From Psammoneis japonica (taxonomy: Eukaryota): a DNA stretch of 64,000 nucleotides. Of this stretch, positions 62,850-64,000 are shown in pieces (within the stretch, counting starts at the first letter, position 1; every line of letters begins with the position of its first letter). A program made the translations under genes and the position numbers. The stretch is from the NCBI GenBank assembly GCA_008632985.1, contig QPGO01000199.1, positions 1 through 64,000 on the forward strand, read 5' to 3'. The notes under the pieces were generated by a model. The model ran no database searches. It worked only from the letters and a program-made list of their open reading frames with translations, and had not been told where the DNA came from.

Positions 62850-63950
62850 CAAGTGGTGCTTGTCACAGGACTGGAACCAGAGATGGAGGCAAGAATGCAC
62901 ATCTTTGAGCAGCTGAGTTTTGTGCCATGCTGTTGGGCAACATCTGGGTGAGTTGCTCAAGGAACCACATGGCAGCTTGGTGGGTGGCAACCAGATGCCA
63001 GTGGCACAGTCTAATGACAGGGGAGCCACAGAAGTTGAGAGTTGGATGGAGGGAGATGCAAGCACAGCTTGGTGCTCAGCTGCTTGAGGATGATGCTCAG
63101 AGCTCAGGCAGAAAATGGCGGGCCTGGCAGGCAGCATTGGATGAAGCCCTCCAGCTGCAGAAAGGCGCGCCATTTGCTGGGGTCATTGCGAGACACCAGC
63201 ATGTTTTGGGATGGGCAGCCACAGCAGAGGTCAAGTGAAGAAGAGAGAGGGGGAGAGTGTGGTGCAAAAGACAGGGTTGGCATCAAAAACCTCCCTGCAA
63301 ATCTCACAAGAGCACTCATTAAAAACGTTGATGAGGTCAAGGGTGAAAAAGGAGTGTGTTGGAATTTCTTCATCCAAGCAGCAGCAGCAGCCAAGGCAGT
63401 TGAGGCCACCTTTGGTGGCTGCCATCCCTGAGAATTGTCTGTCTCTGGGAGGAGGGAGCAGAGGCAAGGGCAGGAGCCTTGGCAGTCATGGCAAAAGTGC
63501 CTTGACACACTGGGTGGCCATGGGGCGCAACTTGTTGGGGTTTGTTTGGTCTCTGTGTGGCGCCAGCACCAGATGGACAAAGCAGCTGGCTGGCATGAGC
63601 AGGCTGATCTCATCAGGGGGGCCGCCAAGCTGGCTTGAGCCAGGAGAATGAGCTGATTGAGTGTTGCAAAGCAGGGCCTTGTTTTGGATTTGAGGGTGGT
63701 GCAGAGACTTTCAAGAGGGGGCACAGGCCTGGAGTGCATGTCAGCAGCAGAGTCGACGCAACAGTGTGCCTGGCTTGCACACTTGCTGAGAGCTGCCAGG
63801 AGAAGAGCTGCTCATCTGGCATTTGAAGGGTGGGCAATTCGGGGAGGGCACAGGGATTGTGTGATGGGATGCGAACGGGGCATCATGGCATGGCTTGGGG
63901 GCATCGACAAGCAAAGAGCGGACAGACAGGCAGACGTTCACTTCTAAAAA
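62850..63950 (-). mobile_element. Decayed non-LTR retrotransposon (CRE-like RT) fragment, second copy
   Basis: LDLINVFNECS.EICRE and W..FLQ.EGF.Q.C..GP.FS resemble RT motifs LD..NxFN and QG.PL; limits approximate. Confidence 0.65.
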
Positions 63951-64000
63951 GCGAGGGACGACATGGAAACCGCAAACGCACACACCCAAAAAATTTGGCG

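Noticed and set aside
240..64000. Alternative genetic code or codon bias as the cause of Tyr-free ORFs
   Set aside because: TA loss is frame-independent, affects non-coding MITEs and LTRs, and neighbouring genes use Tyr normally.

Overview
Eukaryotic, transposon-rich 64-kb window, most likely from a pennate diatom (inferred from CoDi-type Copia elements, diatom-type LRR C-terminus and short GT-AG introns). Mobile elements: a complete Ty1/Copia LTR element (49057-56068, 276-bp LTRs, GCAAT TSD), a truncated Copia gag-protease (13605-16769), a complete and apparently young P-superfamily DNA transposon (38388-45915, 34-bp TIRs, 8-bp TSD, intact 1676-aa transposase), several MITE families and decayed CRE-like LINE fragments. 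Host-type genes, mostly broken: DUF4116-like, MORN, LRR, TAF11-like, class I HDAC, SET, eIF4E, TFIP11, ubiquitin-like, plus one intact two-exon orphan. The most striking signal is a mosaic of sharply bounded domains (about 240-18000 except two young MITEs, 30700-33400, 46150-64000) in which TpA has been almost eliminated by TA->TG/CA transitions. Comparisons inside the window (LTR pair, MITE copies, LRR tandem repeats, conserved Tyr->Cys/His) give the direction, show that it happened after insertion and show that it fades into a neighbouring gene. This looks like a RIP-like, repeat-targeted A-to-G hypermutation system that I cannot match to a described mechanism. All counts are by eye.
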